Shown one piece after another: positions 1-8,190 of a stretch of DNA of 39,395 nucleotides (positions within the stretch are counted from its first letter, which is position 1; every line of letters begins with the position of its first letter). This DNA is from Acidimicrobiia bacterium (GTDB taxonomy: Bacteria > Actinomycetota > Acidimicrobiia > Acidimicrobiales > JANYDT01). Both the position numbers and the translations under genes were made by a program. The notes beneath the pieces were generated by a model, which saw only the letters and a list, made by a program, of their open reading frames with translations, ran no database searches and was not told where the DNA came from. The DNA is taken from the NCBI GenBank assembly GCA_043754155.1, contig JAYUVJ010000093.1:1-39395 (forward strand). Reading direction: 5' to 3'.

Positions 1-428
1 GGGTCTTCGGCAACGTTTTCGCCAGCGTCGGGACTGTCGTTGTTTTGCTGCTGATGGCGCTCCCCTAGCGACCAAGCACTCAACTCGCCCATGGTTTCGT
101 CCCCGGACTGCAAAAACCGGAGGAGGATGCCGTCAATTTCGCGAGATCCGTCGTCATTTGTAACCGGAATCAGTGTGGCAAGTTCGCACGCTCGCCTACG
201 TACTCGCAGGTCCTCATCATCGAGAGCGTGGGAGATTTTGCTCGAAGTGAGAGTTCCGAGTCGATGTAACGCGGAGAGGGCGGCGGCGCGAACGGTCGGG
301 TCGGGATCGTTTAGTGCTGAACTGACGGGTTCTTCGCGGCCGTTGAAGCCCGCCAATGTGACTTCAGTGCGTCGAAGTTGGGCGTGCTCAAACGGTGAAG
401 CAACCGAACGGTCGACGGTGCTGGACAT
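1..428 (-). CDS. HEAT-repeat protein, N-terminal part (gene runs off the left edge of the window)
   Basis: Absent from the ORF track because there is no stop in the window. The reverse complement from ATG at 428 reads MSSTVDRSVASPFEHAQLRRTEVTLAGFNGREEPVSSALNDPDPTVRAAALSALHRLGTLTSSKISHALDDEDLRVRRRACELATLIPVTNDDG... and stays open to position 1. An in-frame TAG lies 4 codons upstream of the ATG. DPDPTVRAAALSAL and DDEDLRVRRRACEL are HEAT/PBS-lyase-type repeat signatures. Confidence 0.6.
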   Translation of the reverse strand, partial: MSSTVDRSVASPFEHAQLRRTEVTLAGFNGREEPVSSALNDPDPTVRAAALSALHRLGTLTSSKISHALDDEDLRVRRRACELATLIPVTNDDGSREIDGILLRFLQSGDETMGELSAWSLGERHQQQNNDSPDAGENVAED

Positions 429-627
429 AGGGGGAACCTAGCGCGTCGCTGCAAGAGGGTTCTTCGCATGGATAGTGAGAACACTTCGTTTTATGCCCTT
501 CCGCTGTCCATCAACGAGCAGCGATGGGATGGCGTCGCAGTTGCATTGGTACGTGGGAGGCTCTTTCTACGGGTTTGCGGAAGTTGTTCGTAGACCGCTT
601 TCGCTTCAATATGTGTGACGGTGCTCA

Positions 628-2001
628 ATGTCTGCTGAAATTCCCAATCCTGCTCAACCGCCAAGTGCTTCGAGCCCAGGGCAAGCGGCTGAGGCTTGGA
701 GTGAAGCTGAGCGTGAGGTACACCGTCGGCAAACAAAAAACGGGTTCGCCATAAACGCTTTTGATGGGGATGTCAGCGATGGTGGCCAAGGTGGACCTGG
801 CGAAACTGAGGGGAACAAATCCGTTCCAGAGTCTGAGGGTCTTCGTCGTAAAAAGGGTGAGATGTTCAAGCTGGTGGGCCTGATTGGGTTCCTTGGTGCC
901 TGGATCTTCTTCAACTTTTACAAGTTCGATTACGTGGTGATTCTACCGGGTGGAACCGACATTGTGAATGAGCGGATTACTGTTAAGCCCAGCACCGCAC
1001 CAGGCGCGGGAACAGTTGCAGGGACAAGCACGGGGAGCGGCGCACCAAACTCAACAAACGCAAATGCCGGGTCGGGGAATCCCAAAACCTATCCAGCGAA
1101 GGGCGAGTTGCTGTGGGCCACCGTCGGCGTAAAGAACGATGTGCGCGGGCTAGATCTGCTTATGGGTTGGGTCAAGGGAGATTCGGATGTGTTTAAACGA
1201 GAACTCCTCTACGGCAAAGCCGATCGTAAGCAAGCGGCTCAGCAAAGTCGTGAGGAGATGGACGACGCGAAATCGGTAGCGAAAGTGTTGGCAGCTCGTC
1301 GGTTAGGAATTGCCACCGTTGAGGGTGGAGCGGAGGTGCTTGATCGGGAAAAGGGTCGTCCGGTAGAGAAGCTCCTCGCTACCGGTGATGTGATCGTGAC
1401 TGCCGACGGTAGATCGATCTGTTTGAGTGGCGACCTGCGGGAATTGATGCTGACCAAGAAGAAGGGCGATTCGGTGACTCTTTCCGTCCTTTCGGGATTG
1501 TCGAGCCCTTCGGGTGCTTCGAAAGAGAAAACAAATCAGAAACCTACAGAGCGGACGGTGGTGGTGCCGTTGCATTCGGTCAAGGGAATCAATCGCCAGT
1601 TGATGGGTGTGATTCTTGGTCCTTCGAAAATCCGTCCGTGCCGGTTGCCCTTTGATCTCGAAGTGAACACCGATCGGATTGGCGGACCTTCGGCGGGGTT
1701 GGCCATGACGCTCGCCGTGTTGGATCGTTTGAGCCCGGGTGAGCTCACTGGTGGGGGCAAAGTTGGGGCCACGGGGACCATTGAGGCCGACGGTTCAGTA
1801 GGGGAAGTCGGCGGTGTTAAGCAGAAGACCGCCAGTGTGCGGGCAAGTGGTGCGAAACTATTCATAGTGCCCCTTGCAGAGGTCGCACTTGCGAAACCCC
1901 ATGCGGGGAAGATGCAGGTGATTGGTGTCCGCAATCTTGAAGAGGCACTCGCTGCTCTCCGTAAGGCGGGTGGTGATCCGCTTCCTTCCCCAAGTAGGTG
2001 A
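628..2001 (+). CDS. Membrane-anchored PDZ domain / Lon-like S16 serine protease (YlbL/SepM/Rv3194c type)
   Basis: 457-aa ORF with a TM segment (FKLVGLIGFLGAWIFFNFY) and a central PDZ-like region. The C-terminal Lon proteolytic domain carries the Ser motif DRIGGPSAGLAMTLAVLD and the Lys motif GGVKQKTASV. The start could be internal (the ATG of MFKLVG). Confidence 0.85.
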   Translation: MSAEIPNPAQPPSASSPGQAAEAWSEAEREVHRRQTKNGFAINAFDGDVSDGGQGGPGETEGNKSVPESEGLRRKKGEMFKLVGLIGFLGAWIFFNFYKFDYVVILPGGTDIVNERITVKPSTAPGAGTVAGTSTGSGAPNSTNANAGSGNPKTYPAKGELLWATVGVKNDVRGLDLLMGWVKGDSDVFKRELLYGKADRKQAAQQSREEMDDAKSVAKVLAARRLGIATVEGGAEVLDREKGRPVEKLLATGDVIVTADGRSICLSGDLRELMLTKKKGDSVTLSVLSGLSSPSGASKEKTNQKPTERTVVVPLHSVKGINRQLMGVILGPSKIRPCRLPFDLEVNTDRIGGPSAGLAMTLAVLDRLSPGELTGGGKVGATGTIEADGSVGEVGGVKQKTASVRASGAKLFIVPLAEVALAKPHAGKMQVIGVRNLEEALAALRKAGGDPLPSPSR

Positions 2002-2007
2002 ACTTCA

Positions 2008-4287
2008 ATGTCCAGTGCGTCAACCTCGGCGACTCCAACAACCCCATCCAGTTCGTCGGGCTCCTCCGGCACTTCCGGCTCGTCAAGCTTTGGCAACGGT
2101 GCCTTTCGGTCTGCATCAAATGCGTCGGCAAAGCCTGGCACCCCAACCTCGACTCTTGTCGACGATCTTCGCAATGCCAAATTCACTTCAGCATTTCGTG
2201 GGTATGACCCATCTGAAGTTCGAGCGTTCGTTCAGCGCATGGCTACCCGAGTTGAAGCCGAGTTGGGCCTTATGGATCGAGTGGTTCTTACACCGATCAC
2301 GAGTGATGGCGAGTTGGTTCTCGATGAGGCCGCGTATCTTGCAGCAACGGAGGCGGCGGATTCTTCGGCGGATTCTGTGCCTGATACGGGCCCTCGGCAA
2401 ACCCCCGATGAGGTGTTGCTGGCAGCTCAAAGTGAGTATGAATCGATTTTGGCGTCGGCTCGTAATGAGGCCAATGCCATCGTGGTGAAAGCCAATGATG
2501 ATGCGGCGCGGATCATTTTGCGCGCTCGTGCTGAATCGCGGGGAAAGCCTTCGGCCGATAGTTCTGCAGTGGTTGAAGCGGCCTATGCGCAAGCGGCTTC
2601 TGATCCTGAGTTGGCACGCGAGCAGGCTCGTTTGATGATTACCGAGGCTCGGGCGGTGCGTGAGCGGATTCTTACTGATCTCAACAAGCGTCGCCGGGTT
2701 GCCCATGTGCAGTTGGAGCAGTTGCGGGTGGCTCGTGAAAAGTTGACCGAGACACTTCGCGAGGCGCGCAGAATTGTGGATGATTCGGCCCGTGATCTTT
2801 CGACCGCTGAGGTTGAAGCCCGCCTAGCCGCCGATGCCGCTGGCCGACGCATTTCTGCTGAGGCGCTGCCCTCGATTGGTGAACTTGAAGTTGAGTTGTG
2901 GGGCGGTCGGCATATGCCAAGTACGCGTACCTTTACCGATTCCTCTACTCCCGTTTCTGATGCGGATGACAGCTTCGAAACTTCCCGTCCTGAAGCATTG
3001 GCAACCCCAGTGAGTACCGCCCAGGGCGAAGTTCTAGGTGCATCCAGCTTTGAGGCCTCCAAACCCACGTCTGAGCCTGCCGTGGAGCAAGCAGCGGCAG
3101 AAGTAGCGTCAGAGGTCCAAGCGGCTGCCAATACTGAAGTTGCTGAAGTTGCTGAAGTTGCTGAAGTTGCTGAAGTTGCTGAAGTTGCTGAAGTTGATCG
3201 TGGGGGAAGTGCCGCTCTCGTAAACGAGGATTATGCAGCGCACGTTGAAGCCGAAGTGTTGAGTGGAGAGGGCGGCCTAAATGAGGTCGCAGTTCATGCT
3301 GGAGAAGCGGGTGAATCTGTAGCTGAGGTTCAAACTGCAGAAGCAATTGAGGTTACCAAGAAGCGTCCCGCCAATGTCGATGACCTGTTTGCTCGTCTTC
3401 GAGCCGATCGTGAACGCGCGGCGATTCAGGCTCGATCGGTTCTTGCTGTAAAGGAAAGTGATGAGGGCGATTCCCTTGAGGGAGCCGTTCTTGATCTTCG
3501 ACCCAGCAATGGCGACGATAGTGGACACTCTATTTCTCATGGCAAAAACGGAAGCAACGGAGGTGGCGGTTCGAAGCGTTTAAAGGGCACGCAGGGAACA
3601 CCAAAGCCGCTTGGCCGCGGCGATTATTCCGACCACGCCTCAGAATCTGTGCCGGTTCAAGCGGGGGGCGTGGCGATTCTTGACCGCGCTGACGCCGATG
3701 AACAAATCACTGCGATTGTGCTTGATCTCCGGCCCTCGAAATCGCCGATTGAGCTTCGAAACGCATCGGCTGGTAGTTCGATCGCGGATACGGAACACAC
3801 GGTTTCCGAAGCCGACGATGGGATGGATTTTGTGGTTGGTCCACTGCACAGCAGTTTGATCCGAACCGTGAAACGTCGGTTGCATGATGAGCAAAGCTCG
3901 ATTTTGGCGTTACTCCGTAGCCACCGTGGCACACTCGATGTCGACCGCCTTCTGGGTTCGGCTCACGACCATCAGCTTCGATTGATTGCCGAGATTCAAC
4001 CGATCTTCGTTGATGCTTTTCGTGTGGGCGCCGAGAAAAGTGGCGCAACGAGGTCTGAGGCTGAAATCAATGATTTGCTACGTGAGCATATTGAAAGTGT
4101 TGCTGCGTCTGTCACGGCAAAGATTCGTGCTGAGGTCGCCACGATCGTTGCTGAACAGGGTAGCAATGACAGCCGAGCACTTGGGGAATCGCTAACCTCC
4201 ACCTATCGCACGTGGACCACTGAACGGATCGGGACAGTAGTAACGGGTGCAGTGGTGGAGACTTACCGCTTGGGTACTGCTGCTTAG
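2008..4287 (+). CDS. Large DivIVA-domain protein with an acidic low-complexity centre
   Basis: 759-aa ORF starting 7 nt after the protease stop. DivIVA-domain signature FRGYDPSEVRAFVQRMA lies near residue 60. Ala/Arg/Glu-rich coiled-coil-like stretches follow (LAREQARLMITEARAVRERILTDLNKRRRVAHVQLEQLRVAREKL), then (EVA)6, and the peptide VLDLRPS occurs twice. No more specific product name is supportable. Confidence 0.7.
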   Translation: MSSASTSATPTTPSSSSGSSGTSGSSSFGNGAFRSASNASAKPGTPTSTLVDDLRNAKFTSAFRGYDPSEVRAFVQRMATRVEAELGLMDRVVLTPITSDGELVLDEAAYLAATEAADSSADSVPDTGPRQTPDEVLLAAQSEYESILASARNEANAIVVKANDDAARIILRARAESRGKPSADSSAVVEAAYAQAASDPELAREQARLMITEARAVRERILTDLNKRRRVAHVQLEQLRVAREKLTETLREARRIVDDSARDLSTAEVEARLAADAAGRRISAEALPSIGELEVELWGGRHMPSTRTFTDSSTPVSDADDSFETSRPEALATPVSTAQGEVLGASSFEASKPTSEPAVEQAAAEVASEVQAAANTEVAEVAEVAEVAEVAEVAEVDRGGSAALVNEDYAAHVEAEVLSGEGGLNEVAVHAGEAGESVAEVQTAEAIEVTKKRPANVDDLFARLRADRERAAIQARSVLAVKESDEGDSLEGAVLDLRPSNGDDSGHSISHGKNGSNGGGGSKRLKGTQGTPKPLGRGDYSDHASESVPVQAGGVAILDRADADEQITAIVLDLRPSKSPIELRNASAGSSIADTEHTVSEADDGMDFVVGPLHSSLIRTVKRRLHDEQSSILALLRSHRGTLDVDRLLGSAHDHQLRLIAEIQPIFVDAFRVGAEKSGATRSEAEINDLLREHIESVAASVTAKIRAEVATIVAEQGSNDSRALGESLTSTYRTWTTERIGTVVTGAVVETYRLGTAA
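3136..3198 (+). repeat. 9-bp tandem repeat gaagttgct x6 plus one variant (gaagttgat), in frame, encoding (EVA)6-EVD
   Basis: Read directly: six perfect consecutive copies at 3136-3189 and an imperfect seventh at 3190-3198. Confidence 0.95.
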
Positions 4288-4423
4288 ATTCTTCCCGCGA
4301 CTTCTGCAGCACAGGGCCGAGATGGTGATCGCGTGCGGTCGCCTCGTTCGTCATTGCCGTTCGCTGAATCCTTCTGACATGTCTACGTACTGATTTGACC
4401 GCACACGCACTAGCGTCGGAACC

Positions 4424-7400
4424 ATGTCATCACCGATGGATATGCCGGGACAGCCGCAGCAGCCGAGAATGCGAGTGGTTCGTCCGCCGTCGTCGGGGGT
4501 AGGTCGGCGACGTGGAGGTCTGGGCGCAATTGTGCTCGGGATCTTTGTTTTCGTGGGTCTGCTGCGGGCTTTGGCCGGTGTCTATACCGATTATTTGTGG
4601 TTTGACCGGTTGTCCTTCACCTCGGTTTGGAGCCAGCTGTTAACAGTCAAATTGGTGCTTGGTCTGGGTGCTGCGATGCTTTCCGGGTTTAGCGTTTGGC
4701 TCACGATTGGTATCTGTGCCAAAGCAGCGCCTAAGACTGTTCGTTTCGCTCCGAATGAAGAGTTGGTGGCGGCGCTGCGTGAAGTGTTGGTGGCGCATAC
4801 CCGGGCCATTCGGATTGGTGTTTCAGTGCTGATGGGTCTTTTGGTGGGCCCGGTGATGGCATCGCATTGGAACGAGTGGATTCTGTTTCGCAATGGTGGT
4901 TCGGTGGGTCAATCCGTTCCGCGTTTTGGTGGTGATGTTGGCTTCTATCTTTTCAAACTGCCGTTTCTTTCCAGTGTTGGTTCATGGTTCTTTGCGCTGT
5001 TGATCGTGTTGGTTCTTGTTGCGTTGGTGTTTCATACCGTCTTCGCCAGTTTGCGGTTTGGTATGGGTTTCCCTAAGGGTACCCATTTCGTACGTATGCA
5101 TATTACCATTCTGCTGGTATTGATTGCCTTGGTAAAAGCTGTTCTGTATTGGTTCGATCGCTTTGCCCTCACTACGTCGACAAATGGTTTCGTGGTTGGT
5201 GCCTCGTATACGGATTTGGTGGCTCGTCGGCGGGGTCTTGAGCTTCTGGTGTTGGTTTCCCTTGCCGCCGCAGTGTTGCTGATCGTGAGCCTACGGAGAA
5301 ACGATTGGATGCTCCACGGCGTGGGAGCGGGTGTTTGGCTTTTGGTGGTGATTGTGGCGACGGGAATCTACCCGCGAGTGTTGGCGCGAATTGTCCAGTC
5401 TGATGAACAGAACCGCGAACGTGCGTCAATCACGAACAACATTGCGGCCACCCGTATGGCGTTTGGTCTCAACGGGGTTACCACCTCGATTTTGCCTCTA
5501 AGTGATGAGCTGCCAACTGCAGATGCGGCAAAGAAAAATGCGGCGAGTACTGCGGCGATTCTTGCCAACATTCGGCTGTGGGAACCCCGGGCCGATATTG
5601 CGGCCAACACCTTCACCTCAACCCAAAAGGTGAACGACAACTTTTCGCTTCAAAATGTTGACGTTGATCGATACACCATCGATGGCTTAGCGACGCCGGT
5701 GATCGTGGCTGCTCGTGAACTAAATCTGTCGCCAGAAACGCGAAGCTCTTGGCTGAAATCTCGGTTGGCCTATACCCACGGTTTTGGTTTGGTGGTGGCT
5801 AAGGCCAATCGTGCCGGTAACGCTGGCCTGCCTTCGTTTGTAGCCAAGGATCTACCACCTACCGGGCAGCTTTCGGTGAAGCAACCACGGATCTACTTTG
5901 GTGAGCAGACAGATTCCTATGCGGTCGTAGGATCCAAAACCCCAGAAGTTGATTTCCCCGGGCCTGATGGTGCAGAGCTCACGTCTAGCTATGCGGGCAA
6001 GGGCGGTGTTGCGGTGGGAGGACCTTTGCGACGGTTGGCATTTGCTTTGCGTTTTGGTGATGCGAACTTGATCATCTCCAAGGAAGTTACCTCCAAGGCC
6101 AAACTGCTCTATGTGCGTGATGTGCGGGCCCGTGCCAAAGCCGTCGCCCCGTTTTTGCAATTCGATAATGACCCCTATCCGGTGTTTGCCAACGACCGGA
6201 TTGTATGGGTACTTGATGCCTATACAACCAGTAGTCACTACCCAAATTCGCAATACGCGCCGATTGGTTCAGTGTTTCCTGAGAGTGGTTTGTACCGCAA
6301 GCTCAATTACGTGCGGAACTCGGCAAAAGTCATTGTTGATGCCTATGACGGTTCGGTTCGCTTGTATACAACCGAAGCGTTATCGTCAAAACGCAAAAAC
6401 GAAAAGTCAACTGCGACCGCGAATACAGATGCGAATACCGGTGTAGACCCCATGATTGCGGCCTACCGTAAAGCCTTTCCGAAGCTCTTCCGCACCAATT
6501 CACAGCTCGATACCGATTATCCGGAGCTACGTTCCCACCTTCGCTACCCACAGGATCTGTTCCGTATGCAAACGGCGATGATTGGTCGGTATCACGTTGA
6601 AAAGTCTGATCAGTTTTACAAAAACTCCAGCCGTTGGGAACTCAGCGCCAACCCCGGCGATTCACCAGCGGTAAAGAAGGACGAGGGCACGCTTAGCAAT
6701 GGATTGGTTGCCCCCGTGCTCTCCAGTGCTCCAATCAATATGCGCCCCTACTATTTGCAGAGTGCTTTGCCAGGAAGTAGTAAGGCTGAATTCTTCTTGC
6801 AGTCGAACTTGGTCACGTGGTCGGAAAATCGTGATCAGCAGAACCTTCGTGCGGTCTTCGTCGCCCAATCAGATCCGGCGAACTACGGCCAGCTCAAGAT
6901 CCTCACCGCACCCACGGATCGACAGGTAAGCGGCCCGGCATTGGTAGGGCGGTCGATGAGTTCCAATGCTGATATTTCTGCTCAGGAATCGTTGTTGGGT
7001 ACGGGTGGTTCCCAAGTTCGCTACGGCAACATGCAGGTGCTGCCCGTGAATGGTTCGTTGTTGTTTGTGCGGCCCATGTTTGTGGAGGCCAGTAACTCGA
7101 ATTTGCCGTCGTTACGTTTTGTTGCGGTGAGTTATCGGGACAAGATTGGCTTTGATCCCACCATTGAGGGCGCGCTGGCCAAGGTTGGTCTTGATGCGCA
7201 AACCGGTGAACTTACGCCTGCCGTGGGCAAGGGCGGTTCAACCAAACCGGGCGGATCTGGTGCAGGTGGATCTGGTGGTTCGGGTGCCGGTGGATCGTCA
7301 ACCGATGTCGCGGTATTGAGCGATGTTGCCGATTTGCTCGATGCTGCGCAAGCCGCGCTTGATTCCGGTGATCTGGGCACCTACCAGTCGCGAGTCGATG

Positions 7401-7588
7401 ATGCCCGCAAGCTTCTCGAAGAGCGAGCCGCTGCGGTGGCCACAGCACCTTCCACCCTGGCACCTTCCACCTCTGCATCTTCCAGGCCAGCACCTTCCAC
7501 CCTGGCACCTTCTACCCTGGCACCTTCAACGACGGTCCCGTCCGCTTCTAAACCATCGATCGTCCCACCGATAACCGTAAAGCCCTAG
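4424..7588 (+). CDS. UPF0182 family multi-pass membrane protein (Rv3193c-like)
   Basis: 1054-aa ORF. The N-terminal multi-TM region carries YTDYLWFDRLSF, typical of UPF0182. A large soluble part follows, then a Gly/Ser-rich stretch and an (APSTL)n tail. Confidence 0.8.
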   Translation: MSSPMDMPGQPQQPRMRVVRPPSSGVGRRRGGLGAIVLGIFVFVGLLRALAGVYTDYLWFDRLSFTSVWSQLLTVKLVLGLGAAMLSGFSVWLTIGICAKAAPKTVRFAPNEELVAALREVLVAHTRAIRIGVSVLMGLLVGPVMASHWNEWILFRNGGSVGQSVPRFGGDVGFYLFKLPFLSSVGSWFFALLIVLVLVALVFHTVFASLRFGMGFPKGTHFVRMHITILLVLIALVKAVLYWFDRFALTTSTNGFVVGASYTDLVARRRGLELLVLVSLAAAVLLIVSLRRNDWMLHGVGAGVWLLVVIVATGIYPRVLARIVQSDEQNRERASITNNIAATRMAFGLNGVTTSILPLSDELPTADAAKKNAASTAAILANIRLWEPRADIAANTFTSTQKVNDNFSLQNVDVDRYTIDGLATPVIVAARELNLSPETRSSWLKSRLAYTHGFGLVVAKANRAGNAGLPSFVAKDLPPTGQLSVKQPRIYFGEQTDSYAVVGSKTPEVDFPGPDGAELTSSYAGKGGVAVGGPLRRLAFALRFGDANLIISKEVTSKAKLLYVRDVRARAKAVAPFLQFDNDPYPVFANDRIVWVLDAYTTSSHYPNSQYAPIGSVFPESGLYRKLNYVRNSAKVIVDAYDGSVRLYTTEALSSKRKNEKSTATANTDANTGVDPMIAAYRKAFPKLFRTNSQLDTDYPELRSHLRYPQDLFRMQTAMIGRYHVEKSDQFYKNSSRWELSANPGDSPAVKKDEGTLSNGLVAPVLSSAPINMRPYYLQSALPGSSKAEFFLQSNLVTWSENRDQQNLRAVFVAQSDPANYGQLKILTAPTDRQVSGPALVGRSMSSNADISAQESLLGTGGSQVRYGNMQVLPVNGSLLFVRPMFVEASNSNLPSLRFVAVSYRDKIGFDPTIEGALAKVGLDAQTGELTPAVGKGGSTKPGGSGAGGSGGSGAGGSSTDVAVLSDVADLLDAAQAALDSGDLGTYQSRVDDARKLLEERAAAVATAPSTLAPSTSASSRPAPSTLAPSTLAPSTTVPSASKPSIVPPITVKP
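7445..7534 (+). repeat. 15-bp tandem repeat (gcaccttccaccctg and variants) x6 inside the UPF0182 3' end
   Basis: Six consecutive 15-nt units were read directly. They encode APSTL-APSTS-ASSRP-APSTL-APSTL-APSTT. Confidence 0.9.
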
Positions 7589-7678
7589 CTGGCCAGTACT
7601 TTTGAAGGCTTTTCGGTGGACCTCCACGGGCCGCAACAGGCATTTTCGCTCTGTGACGAGTGGCGCTCGCCAATTCGG

Positions 7679-7707
7679 TTGTGTGTGTGGTTTTGCTCTG
7701 CTATCAT
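7679..7707 (+). promoter_or_regulatory. Candidate sigma-70-type promoter for the tRNA gene
   Basis: TTGTGT (7679-7684), a 17-nt spacer, then TATCAT (7702-7707), ending 13 nt before tRNA position 1. Pattern match only. Confidence 0.3.
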
Positions 7708-7719
7708 TTGAATTCCCAA

Positions 7720-7793
<74 letters not shown>

Positions 7794-7800
7794 CGAAGGA

Positions 7801-7837
7801 AACGCCCCAGGCTGAAAAGCTCGGGGCGTTTTTGTTT
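7801..7837 (+). terminator. Rho-independent terminator after the tRNA
   Basis: AACGCCCC (7801-7808) pairs with GGGGCGTT (7823-7830) across a 14-nt loop. The run TTTTTGTTTG follows. Confidence 0.7.
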
Positions 7838-7856
7838 GCCTGTTTGCCTGTTTGCC
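7833..7856 (+). repeat. 8-bp tandem repeat tgtttgcc x3
   Basis: Three perfect consecutive copies were read directly. The first copy overlaps the terminator T-tract. Confidence 0.9.
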
Positions 7857-7862
7857 GTAGAG

Positions 7863-7897
7863 ACGGGGGACGGGGAACGGGGAACGGGAGACGGGGG
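7863..7897 (+). repeat. G-rich 7-bp tandem repeat (acggggg/acgggga/acgggag) x5; G-quadruplex-type motif
   Basis: acggggg acgggga acgggga acgggag acggggg gives five G3-5 tracts separated by 2-4 nt. This meets the usual G3+N1-7 x4 rule. Confidence 0.85.
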
Positions 7898-8177
7898 ATA
7901 TCGATGAGTTCGACGTCGGTTCGCGCGACGGCATTTTTGATGATGTTGCGCTCAAAGCCCGAAGCTGAGAACAGTAGAAGGCGCAGGTCTCAAGGCTTGG
8001 GTTGGGGAGTAACGATCGAATGTGTTCGAGGCGTTCAAGGCTCAGCCGTCCAGCGAGGCGCAAGGGTGTGTTTTTTGGCTCACCGATAGCGATGATCGCG
8101 CCAGAGGGATTTGTGGCTACAACGTCAAGCTCGTGGCGGTGTCGTCCTTTCGCGTCGGTGACCTCGCAAAGTACCAA
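7891..8177 (-). pseudogene. Remnant of a DUF234-type (archaeal-ATPase family) ATPase gene: C-terminal nuclease-like module only, frameshifted
   Basis: The track ORF 7704..8177(-) begins ...GRHRHELDVVATNPSGAIIAIGEPKNTPLRLAGRLSLERLEHIRSLLP, matching the E-[IL]-D-[IV]-V-A...G-E-C-K-W pattern but with ECKW degraded to EPKN. Near 7980 the homology moves to another frame, which reads LLLFSASGFERNIIKNAVARTDVELIDIPRL, the typical C-terminus of this family. The whole N-terminal ATPase domain is missing, because the fragment starts 14 nt after the peptidase stop. No stop codon precedes the read-through, which runs antisense into the tRNA. Confidence 0.6.
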
Positions 8178-8190
8178 ACGATTGACTGGT

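Noticed and set aside
91-441. 116-aa plus-strand ORF at the left edge
   Set aside because: It is antisense to a much better minus-strand reading frame, the HEAT-repeat protein, which is open to the window edge. The plus-strand translation is Arg/Ser-rich with no motif.
1536-2186. 216-aa minus-strand ORF and similar long antisense ORFs (for example 2583..3131 -, 13033..13542 -, 22806..23369 -, 28666..29235 -, 34551..35168 +)
   Set aside because: All of them overlap well-supported genes on the opposite strand or in another frame. They have low-complexity translations typical of shadow ORFs in GC-biased coding DNA.
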